A program made the translations under genes and the position numbers. A DNA stretch of 64,000 nt from Octopus sinensis. Its lineage: Eukaryota. Every line of letters starts with the position of its first letter. Positions within the stretch are counted from its first letter, which is position 1. The stretch spans positions 59,086,001-59,150,000 of the forward strand of contig NC_043000.1 in the NCBI RefSeq assembly GCF_006345805.1. Direction: 5' to 3'. Positions 37,387 through 50,282 of this stretch are shown piece by piece. The notes below the pieces were generated by a model. That model made no database searches. It saw nothing but the letters and a program-made list of their open reading frames with translations, and was not told where the DNA came from.

Positions 37387-37771
37387 TCTTTATATATAAA
37401 AGTCAAGTTGTGTGGCTGTCTCCTACGATTTAGATTCCTAACTACTCCCACATTTTGCGGTGCAGTTTAACCAAAACCGGGTATCTTATAGTCGTGATTC
37501 ATATCGAGCCCTTCTGGGTATTAACGCGCGTCTACGATGAGTCTACGATTTAAAAAAAAATTTACCATCAATTTTTCCCATTTTTAATGCATTTTTCACT
37601 ATTATATAAGGGAAGTAACTCTCTAAAAATGTCAACGATTAAAAAATAAATTTACCATAATTTTTTTTATTTTTAATGCATTTTTTTGCTATATTTTGGC
37701 TATAACTCTCTAAAAATGCTTATATAGTTATTTCCCTTACAAACCCGAGGAACGCCGGGCGATACTGCTAG
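37387..37771 (+). mobile_element. non-autonomous Helitron (short form)
   Basis: a|TCtttatatataaaagtc ... cccgaggaacgccgggcgatactgCTAG|t. Same family as 24192-24679. Confidence 0.9.
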
Positions 37772-38177
37772 TATATTATAAGTTTAGCTGCACTTGGCTA
37801 CATCTTGCGGTACGCCAAAGTACTTGACGTAGATTGTAGAGGTTCTATCACTATCACACTTAATAGGTCACCCAATTTAAGATTGTTACCATCCGACCCT
37901 CGGATGCTTAAGCGGTGAAAATTTTTTTTAAATCACCGTCCTTCTCTTTGATGTACAACTGGCAAGATGCTGGTGATTAAGATGTACTTCATATCTCACC
38001 AAAACTTTTAATCTCTGTAGCATTTTCGCTTTCAGTTTGTAAGGCGTTCATATAAAATGCTTAGAGAAATCAGCTCTCTCTCTACACACACACGCACATA
38101 TATATTGGCATGCTAACGTTTCTGCCAGCTTGCCCACCTTGGGATTTGACGATACATCATTAAGCTAAACCCTTTAA

Positions 38178-38385
38178 CCCTTTTGGTCCCAACCCACCTG
38201 GCTCTGTCGTACAAATGTCTTGTTTTCATAAGTTCTGAATTGAAATCTTCCACTAAGCCTTAGTCACAACTTATGTTCCTAACATTAGCTTAATGATAAC
38301 TAAGTTATTTTACTAAATTCTTTGTTATATTTAAAATTAATTGAGAGAAACAGAGCATCTCAACAGAAACATAGTAACAAGAGGG
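38178..38385. mobile_element. piggyBac-type MITE
   Basis: TTAA|ccctttt ... agaggg|TTAA termini. Confidence 0.6.
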
Positions 38386-38725
38386 TTAATGAAAGGAAAC
38401 CCAAGGTAATCCCATAAACCGGCCTTCCCCATTTTTAATATCTATATATGTTTAGACCAAAATGACATTTAAATCTGAAACTGTAAGATCGTAGCTATTC
38501 ATCTTTTTCTTTTACGAAAAGCACGTTTTATAGTAAGCTACCTTCTTCAGTATTTCAAATTTATCGCATAATAATTCCGAATGTAAGTTTGTATAGCCTG
38601 GTAAACTCAATCTTTGATCTATGGGGTAAACCGTCTTCTGTTGGAAACAGCCTCGATGCGCTGCACCTATTAAAAACAGAATTCAAACTAAAACAAAAAA
38701 ACAACTCACAAACGTCCGTCTAAAA

Positions 38726-38878
38726 CAGTGGTTCCCAACCTGTGGTCCGCAAAGGTAATACTGAGGGTCTGTGAACTAAATTTATAAAATTTCATTTATA
38801 TGTATATACATACGGATAAGCATATTAAAATGGGTCCATGGGAAAACTCATTGGTTGTGAAAAAGTTGGGAATCACTG
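38726..38878. mobile_element. hAT/Charlie-type MITE
   Basis: TIRs cagtggttcccaac / gttgggaatcactg; 8-bp TSD gtctaaaa/ttctaaaa. Confidence 0.75.
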
Positions 38879-40509
38879 TTCTAAAAGAAAAAAAGGATAA
38901 TGTTTAAATATATAAAAGAACAGAATGGTTACAGTCAGAATGTATTTGACCGTATGTTTGTCTAATCTGTGCTGACTTGGAGCTAACCAACAACGAAAAT
39001 CTCGATCTCACCAAGTTTTGTCAAGAGTTGGGTCGCGTGAGGTTTATAATGAACTTCTAGGTTGTAGCTGTTTGATCTCCAGGTCAGCCCCGATTAAAGG
39101 CGCTCTAACCATGAATATCTTGTCCTTTGAATACCAAAGATTATATTGTTAAATGAATTTTTCTTTTTCTTGGTAGTGTGTGAGTTGACGGATATTTGAC
39201 TGCCATTTCTAATGATCGTCTATAGGATCTTTTGTCAGTTCAGATGTAGCTTTGATCTGATAGTACTTTAAAATTGCAAATTAAAAATATTCTTATAAGA
39301 TTTCTTGTTGCCAATAATGGTATTTGTAAATGTTCCTATCAATATTTCACGCTATTCAGAGCCATCATACTGCTCTTCATATTCCGTTCATAATTTTTTT
39401 GTATATTTTCATTAATGAAAATTAAAGCAGAAATTTTTTTTTTCTAAATCACTGAATCATTCCTGCCGCCCGGTTTTCAGTATGAAATGTATTATATATT
39501 TTGGAAACAAATTGTATATTTCGTCTAGTATGGAGCAGGAATTTTTAAGAAAATCGATCCGAGACGAGAAATTTAAGGACTTAAAAGTTTTTCGTATAGC
39601 TTTTATTCTAAATTAAATATTCACGTTGAAAATTTATCGATAAAGACATTGGGAAATAATAAAAAATAAACACAGGAGTTTAAATATCAATAAATTCCGC
39701 ATTGCTAACTTAATGTTATTTGTGAGAGCAATTTATTTTTAAACTTGTATCCTCCCGCCAATTATTTGTAAGGGAAATGTGAAATTTTTTAAACATCCAG
39801 TTGCTTACCTGTAGAATAAATATTATTACCAATAATATTAGAAAAAATGACATTAATGTTTTATTTCGTCATAAGTAAGACGTTTTTCAAACGTAATTAT
39901 GAATTACGTCACGCACAAACACGTGCAAGTAGAACCCCCACCACCACCACAAAACCCCCCCACATGACATAGATTTCCTTCCTCAGTCTTTTTGGTCAGC
40001 TCTGACCCAACGGAATTATAATCGAAGACATTCCGTCTGGGGGTTATCCCGTTTTTATTTCAGGCAGAGTATATCTAGGGCTACATTATCTATTGTGTCT
40101 CCTTTTCGTTTTTCAAGACGGATGGCTGTAATTTCAGGGAAGATTGGTTATTATTTCCAATAGGTTGCGTGACCACGCAGAACAGAAATTCCCACGCCCT
40201 TCATTCATTATTATATCAAAGCACACAAAGAACGTTATTATTCAGTAGATCTAGATTTAACCCTGAGGAGATAAAAACCACAAAACTGTCATTCCATTTG
40301 CAATGACACTTCTATAAATCTAGATTCAGTTCTCTTTTGTCACCCAAGACAAAATCCAAGAATCACTTGAATCTGCAGGCAGACCCGTGTCTCTCAATCA
40401 GGAAGGAAATTTCACCTTTTGATATAGTTTTGAATGAGAGGCAAGAACAAAAAAAAAAAAAAAACATTGAATTTTAAGCACCTCTACTTCTTTGTTAGTA
40501 CATATAAAT

Positions 40510-41190
40510 TCTTTCTAACTATAGGCACAAGGCCTGGAATTTTGTGGGCAGTGGTTAGTCAACTTCAAATTTATTGACCCTAGTACTCAACTGGTACTTA
40601 TTTTATCAATCCCGAAAGGATGAAAAGCATTATCAACCCCAGTTGAATTTGAACTCAGACGTAAAACTGGAAGAAATGCCACTAAGCATTTTGCATGGCA
40701 CAATAACAATTCTACTAGCTTGTTGGTTATGCTAGAACTACTACTAACAAGAGTAAAAAAAGAGTTGCCAGGAATAATACTTATATAAAGCTCACTGAAT
40801 TGTTTAGAAGTAAATAGAAAGCAGGTGTATCTTATTTGTAAAGATTTGGTTAATAAAAAAGAACTGGTGTGGTAAAAAGCTTGCTTCATAACCACATGGT
40901 TCCAGGTTCAGCCCCACTGCATGGCACCTTGGGCATTTGTCTTCTACTATAGCCTTGTGAGTGGATTTGGTAGATGGAAACTGAAAGAAGGCTGTCGTAT
41001 ATGTGTATATATATGTGTCCCCCACTATTGCTTGACAACCGATGTTGGTGTGTTTACGTCCTTGTAACTTAGCAGTTCAGCAAAAGAAACTGATAGAATA
41101 AGTCCTGGGGTTGATTTGTTTGACTAAAAGCAGTGCTCTAGCATGGCCAGTCAAATGAGTGAAACAAGTGAAGATTAGTATTTTGAGATA
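40510..41190. mobile_element. adjacent SINE A (-) and SINE B (+) copies
   Basis: Same diagnostic cores as the other copies. Confidence 0.75.
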
Positions 41191-43749
41191 AAAATCGGCA
41201 ATAAATGATTTCGATTTGCCTCTCAAAAGCTTAGTAAAATGGCTGTGAATAGCGTAACAGCTACAATAAGCCTTCAAAAAAAGAGTTTGTTGCTTTGAAA
41301 GAGTGATTCATCGGCTAGATACAAATACAATGACGTCTGAGATCCAAGAAAACAGGTATTTCCAAAAATTTCATGGAATGAATTGATATTGATGATCTCT
41401 CTCTCAGATTCTAAGAACTCATTATTTCTTATTTACCAACAAAACATGGTATTAGTATACTTTACCTACACCCACTTTTTAAACTTTTGCTTCAGCTTTA
41501 CATCTGAATACAATAGCTTGCCTCTACAGCATAAATCAGCCTGCTAGAAATCACAACTAAATCTCCAAAATAGTTAGAATTTTGATAATTTTTTGTTTCA
41601 AATTCGTAAGTGTTTAAAAGTTATTTCCATTCATTTAGTTTAACCTTTCATTTGTTTGTTTTATGTCCACTTTTCTATGCTGGCAGAGGTTGGATGGATA
41701 TTATCCAAGGTAGTATTTTTATGGTCAAGATGCTGTTTCTGTCTCCAATTCTTACCTGTTTAAATGTAGGGGAGATTTTAATTCCACTTTTCTAGAGCAC
41801 AGAACTACAGGAGGAAATGTAAATACAACACTTTTTGCTCAGTCTTGTGCAGAAGGTGAAAATAGCAACTTTTACACATGCACACAAATGTATTATATAT
41901 GCATACATACATGAATGAATGATAGGCTTCCATGCAGTTTCTGCCTACCTATTTTGCTCACATGGTATTAGTTGGCTTAAAGGCAATAGTTGAGGACACC
42001 TGTTTTTAAGTGTGATGCTGAGGGACTGAATCAAAATTCCTATGGATGGTCTTTCTTGTAAAACAAAGTAGCGATTAAATGGTAGAGGTAATCTCTACTA
42101 TTCATCTTAAAATATTTTAAGAAATTTTGTATCCTCTTTTCATGTAGATAAAAAGCTGAAATTAGCAAGACTGTAGGATGCAAATATGCACATTCTCTAA
42201 GAATGAAATATGTGATTAAAATTGTAACAAACTGTATTAACTTCCTAACATATAAAGGCACATTGAATAACAGATTTTATAGAAATGTTGAAGGACCTTA
42301 AAGTGGAATATCAGGATATCCTATCATTATGAAAATTCTGCTTACAGAAATACACACTCACATCTACAGTATGTCCACTAATTTCAGGAAGCAGCCTATA
42401 ATCCCATCCTTACAGCAACTCAAATAAATTTTAACAATTTTAAAAACTAAATGCCCCTTCCCCTCTCAAAAGAGTATTTTTTTTTAGTCTTGAAAGTACA
42501 GGCATACAGAATAAAAGAAAAGAATACCTTGGCTTAAGTTGTTCTCAATAATACATCGGTTTCAAAAATAATATATTGAAAAATAAAAATCAAGTTAAGT
42601 TATTTTACTCGACTTTACATCTGTCCGCCACAAATATTGGAATTGTAAAATCACTAGTGCATAAAATCATGTTACTGTACAATAAATAAGAATAAAAGCA
42701 TGTAAAATCATATTAAAATACGTATAGTAAATGTTAAGATACACACCATAAAGAAGTGTAGCTTAGTGAAGGAAATCATGAAATTGTATGTATATATTGG
42801 TAAATTTAAATTAATTTAGGTTTTTTTACTATTGCAAAATAATAATAATTACTGAATTTGTTTTTTAAGCTTAAAAAAGGTTTTTATTTTACAAACTACA
42901 TTCATAAATAAAGCATCTGCAATATATGGTAAACACAGCCAAATTCTATTTGTAAATTTAGATTACTTTTTTTTTTACTGTATTAAAAAATAAAAATTAT
43001 TTGTTTGTATGCTTAAAATAGTTTTTTATTAACCATGTATTATTGAAAATGCATTCATAAATGAACTACAGAACTGGGAATGGCTATTATCAGTTTAGCC
43101 TAGCAACAAGTTAATTCATGTCTCCTGGAACGAGTTGACATCGTAGGGTGAGGTATGCCTGTACTTGGTGATCCTGTCAGTGCAGGTGCCACTTAAAAAG
43201 CACCCAGTTTACACTGTAAAGTGGCTGGCATTTGGAAAGGTATGCAGCTGTAAAAACCTTGCCTAAACAGACCTCAACTGTGCTTGTGCCATGTAAAAAG
43301 CACTCAGTCCACTCTGCTGAGTGGTTGGTGTTAGGAAGGGCACCCAGCTGTAAAAATCATGCCAAAACAGTTACAGAAATCTGGTGCAGGTTTCTGCCTG
43401 GTTGGTTCTTGTTAAACCCATGACAGCATGGAAGACAGACGTTAAACAATGATCATGATAAAAATCCCAATATATGAAAAAAAAAATTACATTTTTTAAA
43501 GAAATTGCATGTGTTTAAGGCGGATGTATCTATTGCTGCCACCACTGTTGGATTTAACTTTTATAAATGTAGTGTTTGTTCATTACTTTTAATCACAGGT
43601 CTGTTCAAATATCAGCCTTGAAAGATGAAAGACAAAGTTGACTGTAAGGATTTGGACTTATAGTTTCATTGATCTACTGCTTCTGCAATTCCCCTGTCTA
43701 TTTTTTTGATATTAATACCAGCAAATTATGACTGAAAACAGTAAAATTT

Positions 43750-44520
43750 AAATGCTTTCAAATTTTAAAATTCGTCAGAACACTTCTCCAACATGCAAAA
43801 TTACTCAATAACTTGTTTCTTCAGTGAATACAGCATGTTCCAATTTTGCATTCCATTTGTTTTTCTCATAGCTGCCAAGTGAATTAAAATAGAGTCAATA
43901 TCTCAACAACATAAACCTTACTAAAACTCTACAACCACCATCTTCAGGAGGACCTTTATACAAAATCAGTACTTTTGCTAATTGTTTAAGACGCCAGTGT
44001 AGTTGTGAGTAGACATAGACATCTTCTCAGCCTCAACCCAGTAGAATATCTATATTGTGACAGCTGGAGGAAAAGTAGGGTAAGGACTCAATGCACTAGC
44101 ATACCTGAAAAATGAAGTTTCAGCACAGCACCCGAAAACACACTAATTCTCCAATTAACTACTAATCTACGATGTTCATTTCAACATTTTTATGTTCACA
44201 AAGACATTAATTATCCTAGTGACAACCAAGCTGCATTACAAAATCACTAACAAAAATTCTCTTCTGTTAAATTCTGATGAAGGCAAAGTTATCATTTTCC
44301 ACCTGAGCAATGGCTTTCACAAGGTCTAACAGCAGATCAATCTACTGGCAAAGCAATCTGCATATTGACTGCATTCAAAACTGAAGCATTGTTTATAATC
44401 CTTTCTAGTGCATCATGCATTGACAAAGCTTTCTTTCAAACTCATCTAACCATATGACACAGTCACTTCCATTGCATTTTCCTTTTTTATTTCAATGTTT
44501 CTGAATTACTAGGTTAAAGA
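43750..44520 (-). mobile_element. probable Tigger/pogo transposase remnant
   Basis: Order of eroded motifs on the minus strand (HTH, then ASRGW-like, GEAAS-like and FNxDETG-like regions). Heavily degraded. Confidence 0.35.
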
Positions 44521-44837
44521 AAGCACACCATATTTTGCCCTAAACTCTCATTAGAGAGAGAGAGAAAGACAAAACATACACACAATCTCCCATTAAATTT
44601 GCAAATCAGACGTTCCTAACTGTTGCCTGTTATATGATCTCAAGAGACATCTCTAGTAATCACACCACAACTCTATTTTTCTTACTAATGAATATTAGAC
44701 TAAAAATAGCACTTTTCTTCGTGAAAGAACAAATAATCTGTAATTATTCTACCTGGGAACCTTATATAGTCAAGAAAGGAAAGTTTTCCCCCCCAAATAA
44801 TTCAGATCATTTAAACACTCTACAAGGTTCAGATATA

Positions 44838-45728
44838 TGTAGTCTGAACAATAAATATCCAGACTGTTGCCATAGAAACGAAGCTAAAGCAAGCAAAGTG
44901 AAGCCGCTTGGCACAGATTGACCTTGTACTTGGCTGTGCATGTGCACTAAGTTTTAACTTTTTAGCTCACTTCCACTGTTTACAGCAGTGCTTGGAAGGA
45001 AAGTGTGTAGCATGTGATTGTTGCATTGACCATGACAGTGAAAGTTGAGCAGAAAATCTGCATCAAATTTTGCCAAAAGCATGGTGATACATGCTCAGAG
45101 GCCTATGCAAAATTTTCAAAATGTTTCCATTGTTCTCAGCACAATCAAGATCTTACGCAACTGAAATGCGAGTGTCTTTTTGGTCAGCTGAAAGCAGTTT
45201 TGGCACAAACTTAGCAGACATGTGTCTCATACCCAAATCTTCAGTGATAATAGACTGAACTGAACTGTAACTAATCTGCACATCCTCTGATAACTCATGG
45301 ATGGTGATTTGATGATTTCTTCTCTCAGCTGCTTGCACATTTGCAATGATTTTCTCAGTTCTCCTGGTTGGGGGTCTCCTAGAACGTTTGTCACTATGGA
45401 CATTTTTTTTGCTTCTTGGAAATGTCTGAACCACTTGTACACTTGTGTGCAGCTCATATACTCCTCTCCTTACACTTTCTGCAACTTTGTGTAGGCCTTT
45501 GAGCAGGTATTGCCATGAGAACTTTCTCTGTCATGGTCAATGCGACGATCACATGCTACACACCTTCCTTCCAAGCACTGCTGTAAACGGTGGAAGTGAG
45601 CTAGAATGTTAAAACTTGGTGCACATGCACAGGAGAATTCAAGGTCAATCTCTGTTGAGCAGCTTCACTCTCCATGCTTTAGCTTTGTTACTATAGCAAC
45701 AGTCCGGATACTTATTTGTCAGACCACA
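44838..45728. mobile_element. mariner-derived foldback element made of two inverted 5' ends
   Basis: TA|tgtagtctgaacaataaatatccagac ... gtccggatacttatttgtcagaccaca|TA. Both arms run into the transposase N-terminus (EQKICIKFCQK on +; ITIHELSEDVQISYSSVQSIITEDLGMRHMSAKFVPKLL on -). Confidence 0.85.
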
Positions 45729-46099
45729 TATGCCTATGTGGTACACTGCTCATATATCCAAGAGAATGCATTCATTACACTTACACATGTACTAGACTCC
45801 TAATTCTCAGTCAAGCTAAAACCTACTTCTCCCATAATCTCTGCTCTTTTGAACTTTCTAATTCATTAATCTTCTTCTCAGCTCATCTGATGCATTTACC
45901 TCACATCATTTTATTATCTATATTGTATCTCATTGTAAACCCTGTATCCAACCTTTTCTCTCCAATTCGGTGCAACAACCATCTTGACATTGTAATTTAA
46001 GATTAGTTAAAAATGTAGTTGCCATTTAAGAAGTAAAAAAAAAATTTTTGAAGAGGAAATATTTAATGGATTTCTAAAGATAGAGAGAAAAATTGTCTT

Positions 46100-47326
46100 T
46101 CAAGAATGTGTTTTTTTATGCAGTTTAAGGTTACAACTTTGTGAAAATTTCTTCCCACATATTTCACAGAGAAAAGGCCTTTCTTTAGTATGTGTTCTTA
46201 TATGCTGTATAAAACGGAAATTATTTGTAAATTTTCTCTCACAAAATTCACAATGAAAAGTCTTTGAACATGAATGTTTCTGGAGATGAAATTTCAAGCC
46301 AGATTTTAAAGTAAATCCTTTATCACAGATTTGACAAGAAAAAGGCTTTTCCCCAGTATGTGTTCTCCTGTGCTGTGTAAGATGAGAATTCTGTGAAAAA
46401 TATTTCCCACAGACCTCACATTTAAAGGGTTTTTCCCCGGTATGAATCCTTATATGTGCACTTAAATGAGAACTACATGAAAATGAATCACCACAAATTT
46501 GACAATGGAAAGGCCTTTCTCCAGTATGCGATCTTTTATGAATTTTTAAGTGTGATCTAGAAGAAAGGTTTTTCCCACATATCTCACAGGGGAAAGGATT
46601 TTCCCCAGTGTGTATTCGTATGTGTTGTATAAGATGAGGGCTTTGGGAGAAATTTTTCCCACAAACCTCACAATGAAATGGTTTTTCTCCCGTATGCGTT
46701 CTCAAATGTATACTTAAATCAGATCCATTAAAAAATTTCCCCCCACATATTTCACAAGAAACTCTTTTCTCTTTAACATGGAATCTTTTATGAGTTTTAA
46801 GCTTTGAAACTGTTGGAAAATCTTTCCCACATACGTCACAACATAAAATGTTTGCTTCTTGACAAGCTTTCATATACTCTGTATTAATAAGAGGTGTTAG
46901 AGAACTTTTTGTGAGTATCTTCTGTTTGGTCCACTTTTCCCTTTCATGCATTTCTATATGTTCATCTAAAACCTCCTTTTCTGAAAACCCTTTACCACAC
47001 ATCTCACATGTAAAAGGAAATTCGAACAAATGGGACTTAATATGGTTTCTAAGGTGAGAACTTTGAACAAACGTTTTTTCACATGCACCACACTGATATG
47101 GCCTCTCCCCTGTATGAATCCTTATATGTTGTGTTAGATGACATTTTTGCGAAAAACTTTTACCACAAGTTTCGCAACTGAAAGGCTTTTCTCCTGTATG
47201 TGTCCTTTGATGAATGTTAAAATGTGTTCTGTTTAAAAACCTTTTGCCACATGTTGAACAAGGAAATAATCTTTTCTCAGCTTGTGTATCTGGTTCTGAA
47301 GATTCAGAGTCTTGTGAAAGAAACAT
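46100..47326 (-). CDS. C2H2 zinc-finger protein, 408 aa, 13 fingers (4 + 9), single coding exon
   Basis: Intact ORF with 13 CX2CX12HX3H units and TGEKP-type linkers. In-frame stop just upstream of the ATG; acceptor ttttgctttgcag| at 47472. No KRAB or BTB domain visible. Confidence 0.96.
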   Translation of the reverse strand: MFLSQDSESSEPDTQAEKRLFPCSTCGKRFLNRTHFNIHQRTHTGEKPFSCETCGKSFSQKCHLTQHIRIHTGERPYQCGACEKTFVQSSHLRNHIKSHLFEFPFTCEMCGKGFSEKEVLDEHIEMHEREKWTKQKILTKSSLTPLINTEYMKACQEANILCCDVCGKDFPTVSKLKTHKRFHVKEKRVSCEICGGKFFNGSDLSIHLRTHTGEKPFHCEVCGKNFSQSPHLIQHIRIHTGENPFPCEICGKNLSSRSHLKIHKRSHTGERPFHCQICGDSFSCSSHLSAHIRIHTGEKPFKCEVCGKYFSQNSHLTQHRRTHTGEKPFSCQICDKGFTLKSGLKFHLQKHSCSKTFHCEFCERKFTNNFRFIQHIRTHTKERPFLCEICGKKFSQSCNLKLHKKTHS

Positions 47327-47977
47327 TTCCTATAAATTACTATAAATAATTCCCATTTGGTCTAATTCTCTCGATGAACTTCAATGAAAATTATTATGAA
47401 ATCATTGAGATTATTGCAATTAAATTGATCTCGAACAGTTCCTGGTAATTTCATTTTCCAAAAAATATAACCTGCAAAGCAAAATTAAAATGAATGATAG
47501 AAGCTGTATATGCACATCAAAGATATATAAAGTGTAATTACATTGTAGCTCAATGCTTTTCCTAATGTTCCACTTAGATTATGATAAAACAAGATTTTTG
47601 TGCTCTTCTATAGTAAACATTAAAATATATTTCAACTATCTACAATTTATCTCACAAAAAGTTTCCAAAAAATTTTACTGGAATAGAAATCATGTTTTGA
47701 GAGGAAAAACAAAAGAAACTAGGAATTGTTTTGTAGCTCTAGTCCCACAATGTCTATCTATTTATTGAAATCTGACAGAATAAATGACTGTCATTACCTT
47801 GGGTCATAAGAACAGCAATAATGATTGGAGCAAATCAAACTTGGAACCCATTCCTTTCCTCGCAGAACTCCGGATTTTAATCGATTGAAACGCTCGTAAC
47901 TTTTCCCCAAAGTTACTTATACTCTACAATACTTATTTATAGCTAGAGATGTACTTTGGGGATTTGAGAGTTAGGTG

Positions 47978-48121
47978 CAGGGCCGTCTGACAAGCATTAT
48001 AGGTCACAGGGCAAATCAATGCACTGGACCCTTTAATGATCGAAAGCCACAAAAATACATGGATCAAAATTGTGTCCCGGGCAACTTTTCTAGTGTGCCA
48101 TGCTTTAAGACGGCGGTACTG
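47978..48121. mobile_element. small hAT-type MITE
   Basis: cagggccgtct ... agacggcggtactg termini; 8-bp TSD gttaggtg/gttatgtg. Confidence 0.65.
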
Positions 48122-49048
48122 GTTATGTGTTTTTTCTAGTGTCAAGATGCGATGAATTACTCAACTTCTTGTCTGGTTGCCCGGTACTTTAAAAATTCGA
48201 CAATCCGCGCGTCCGCGTTATTTTCTTGGGTACATTCTAGAAGTGCAACCTTGTAACCCAGTGAAAACCGCACTAATCTTACTTAGATAATTGGTTCATA
48301 GAGATCTGAAATCACTCAGTTATATTTTTGTCCAGAAAATTTTACTTTACTTGGTTTAACTAGCTATGAAAAGTTACGAGTCCTACCAAGAGGGAGATTA
48401 TCTCAATGTTTTATAAACCGAACTTAGGCACTTGTCTTCGGGGTTTGTAAAATTGTTACTTATATATAGAGGAAATAAACACGATGATATTCTAAAAATT
48501 TGATAATTGGAGACATTACGTGTTTATAAGATAAAGTTAACATCATGTTCTAAAGAATATAAAGAGGTGTATCGAAAAACAAAAATGATTGGTAAAGAAT
48601 AAAATGACAATAAACACAAAAGCAAAATATCATTAGGTAACTGAATATACGGGTCAAAATACTGCTAACAATAAAATATAAGATAAAATACGCTAACATT
48701 CTATAGTTTTGTGGAAATGAAATGTTGGGAAATCGACTGACCAGCGATCGTATAATGGACGATGGTGTTTGATCATGAGTAAACAAATGTTTCGATTCAG
48801 TGAAGGTGCACACACGAAAGGCTTTTCTTAACTTTTAACAGTGTTGTTTCTACTTTTCCTATGAAGTGGAAAACGTGTTGGATAAACAAGTTTTGCAGAA
48901 GTCACAACATTAAGTTGATATTCTTACATCAGTTAGTTGCTTTTGCTTAATGAAGCGATAGGGTGCATAACAGCATAGATCGCTCTTTTTGACAAGAAGC
49001 TGATCATCGTAGTAAAAAAAAGATAAAATCTTCAGGAACATTACTTAC

Positions 49049-49150
49049 CTGAAGAGACAGAAAACCTTACGAGGTGCTTATCAAGTGGTAAAATAACTGT
49101 CACGTGTTAACGATAAGTTTATGAGAACTATGGAAGATCGAAGTTGACAC
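49049..49150 (-). promoter_or_regulatory. probable non-coding first exon of the zinc-finger gene
   Basis: Perfect donor CAG|GTAAGT at 49049/49048, 1.58 kb upstream of the 47472 acceptor. CACGTG at about 49101 and nearby CpG-rich patches. Confidence 0.5.
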
Positions 49151-50282
49151 AAGAGCTATTTTATTTTTTACTAGTTCTACACTATCAGAAATCTAAAGAT
49201 ATGTCTATATTTACCATTGTTATAAAATAAATCTTCTACATGGGATTTTTTTAAAAAGAAATTATATGTTTATTCTAAATTATGTTTAACATAGTAAATT
49301 TAATACGAAAACAGGTTCATAAAATGTCCATTGGTTTACGTTTTATCAGAAAGTCCAAAAGAAAATTTCAGAGATGGTTAAGCTTATGATTTTAAATTTC
49401 ATTAAGACTTATAAAACAAGTATCGTTAACATTCTGGATTATGCTTATTGATTATACCAACTTGAACATATAAGAAATATTTTTTCCCTTATCATTATTT
49501 TTACTAAGCTGATCTTACTTTATTTCCATATGATAAATATTCATGGTTGAAGGAATAGGTCTAAATATATCAAAGTAGTTATTCAAGGCATTATGCTAAT
49601 TTTTAGTAGGAGATACCATAGTCAACAGCTTTAAGCTAAACTGTATTTTTTTCTCCTTACGTGTAACTTATGGATGCTCCTGAATGTTTGTAATTGAAAA
49701 CATCATTAAGAACAGGAAGGAGAGTAATCAGAAAAAAGGAAGTTTGTTTAAGCTTTTTGAAGCTGTGCAAAACAAGGATATGTTACTTCTTATGTTATGG
49801 GTATACTGTTACTGTTAGAAACAAGTGACATCTGACTGAACAATCTTATGATCAAAGATCCTTGAGCTCTGATCATTTCTTTTCTTTTTTTGTTGTTGTT
49901 AATATAAGAATACTCTGGCCAATGTGTCCTTTGTTCAAGATAGTAGGGAGTCATTTGAGTGAATTTGACAGCTATTTCTACCCAGCTAGGCAATACCATA
50001 GAAACTTCCTTGTTGGCTTATTCGTGGGTATATGAAAATATGTGAACAGCATCTCTGGAAGTGGCCAGTGGAGGTGTCAGATGTATTAAATAGGTGGTCA
50101 ACAGGCTTACAGATATCCTGAGTATTGTAGTGGATATTAATGAAATTGCTGTAGTTAGTTAACCTCAGTCAGCCTGACCGTTCTATATTTTCTATATCTA
50201 TGACATTGAGCTCTTATTGTCGTTTCTAAGGGAGATTTGAGAGCTATTTCTTGGTATTTGAATAGTTCGTTTCTTGCCAAGG

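Noticed and set aside
49040-49052. TACTTACCTG resembling the U1 snRNA 5' end
   Set aside because: No downstream U1 stem-loops or Sm site. It is the reverse complement of a splice donor.
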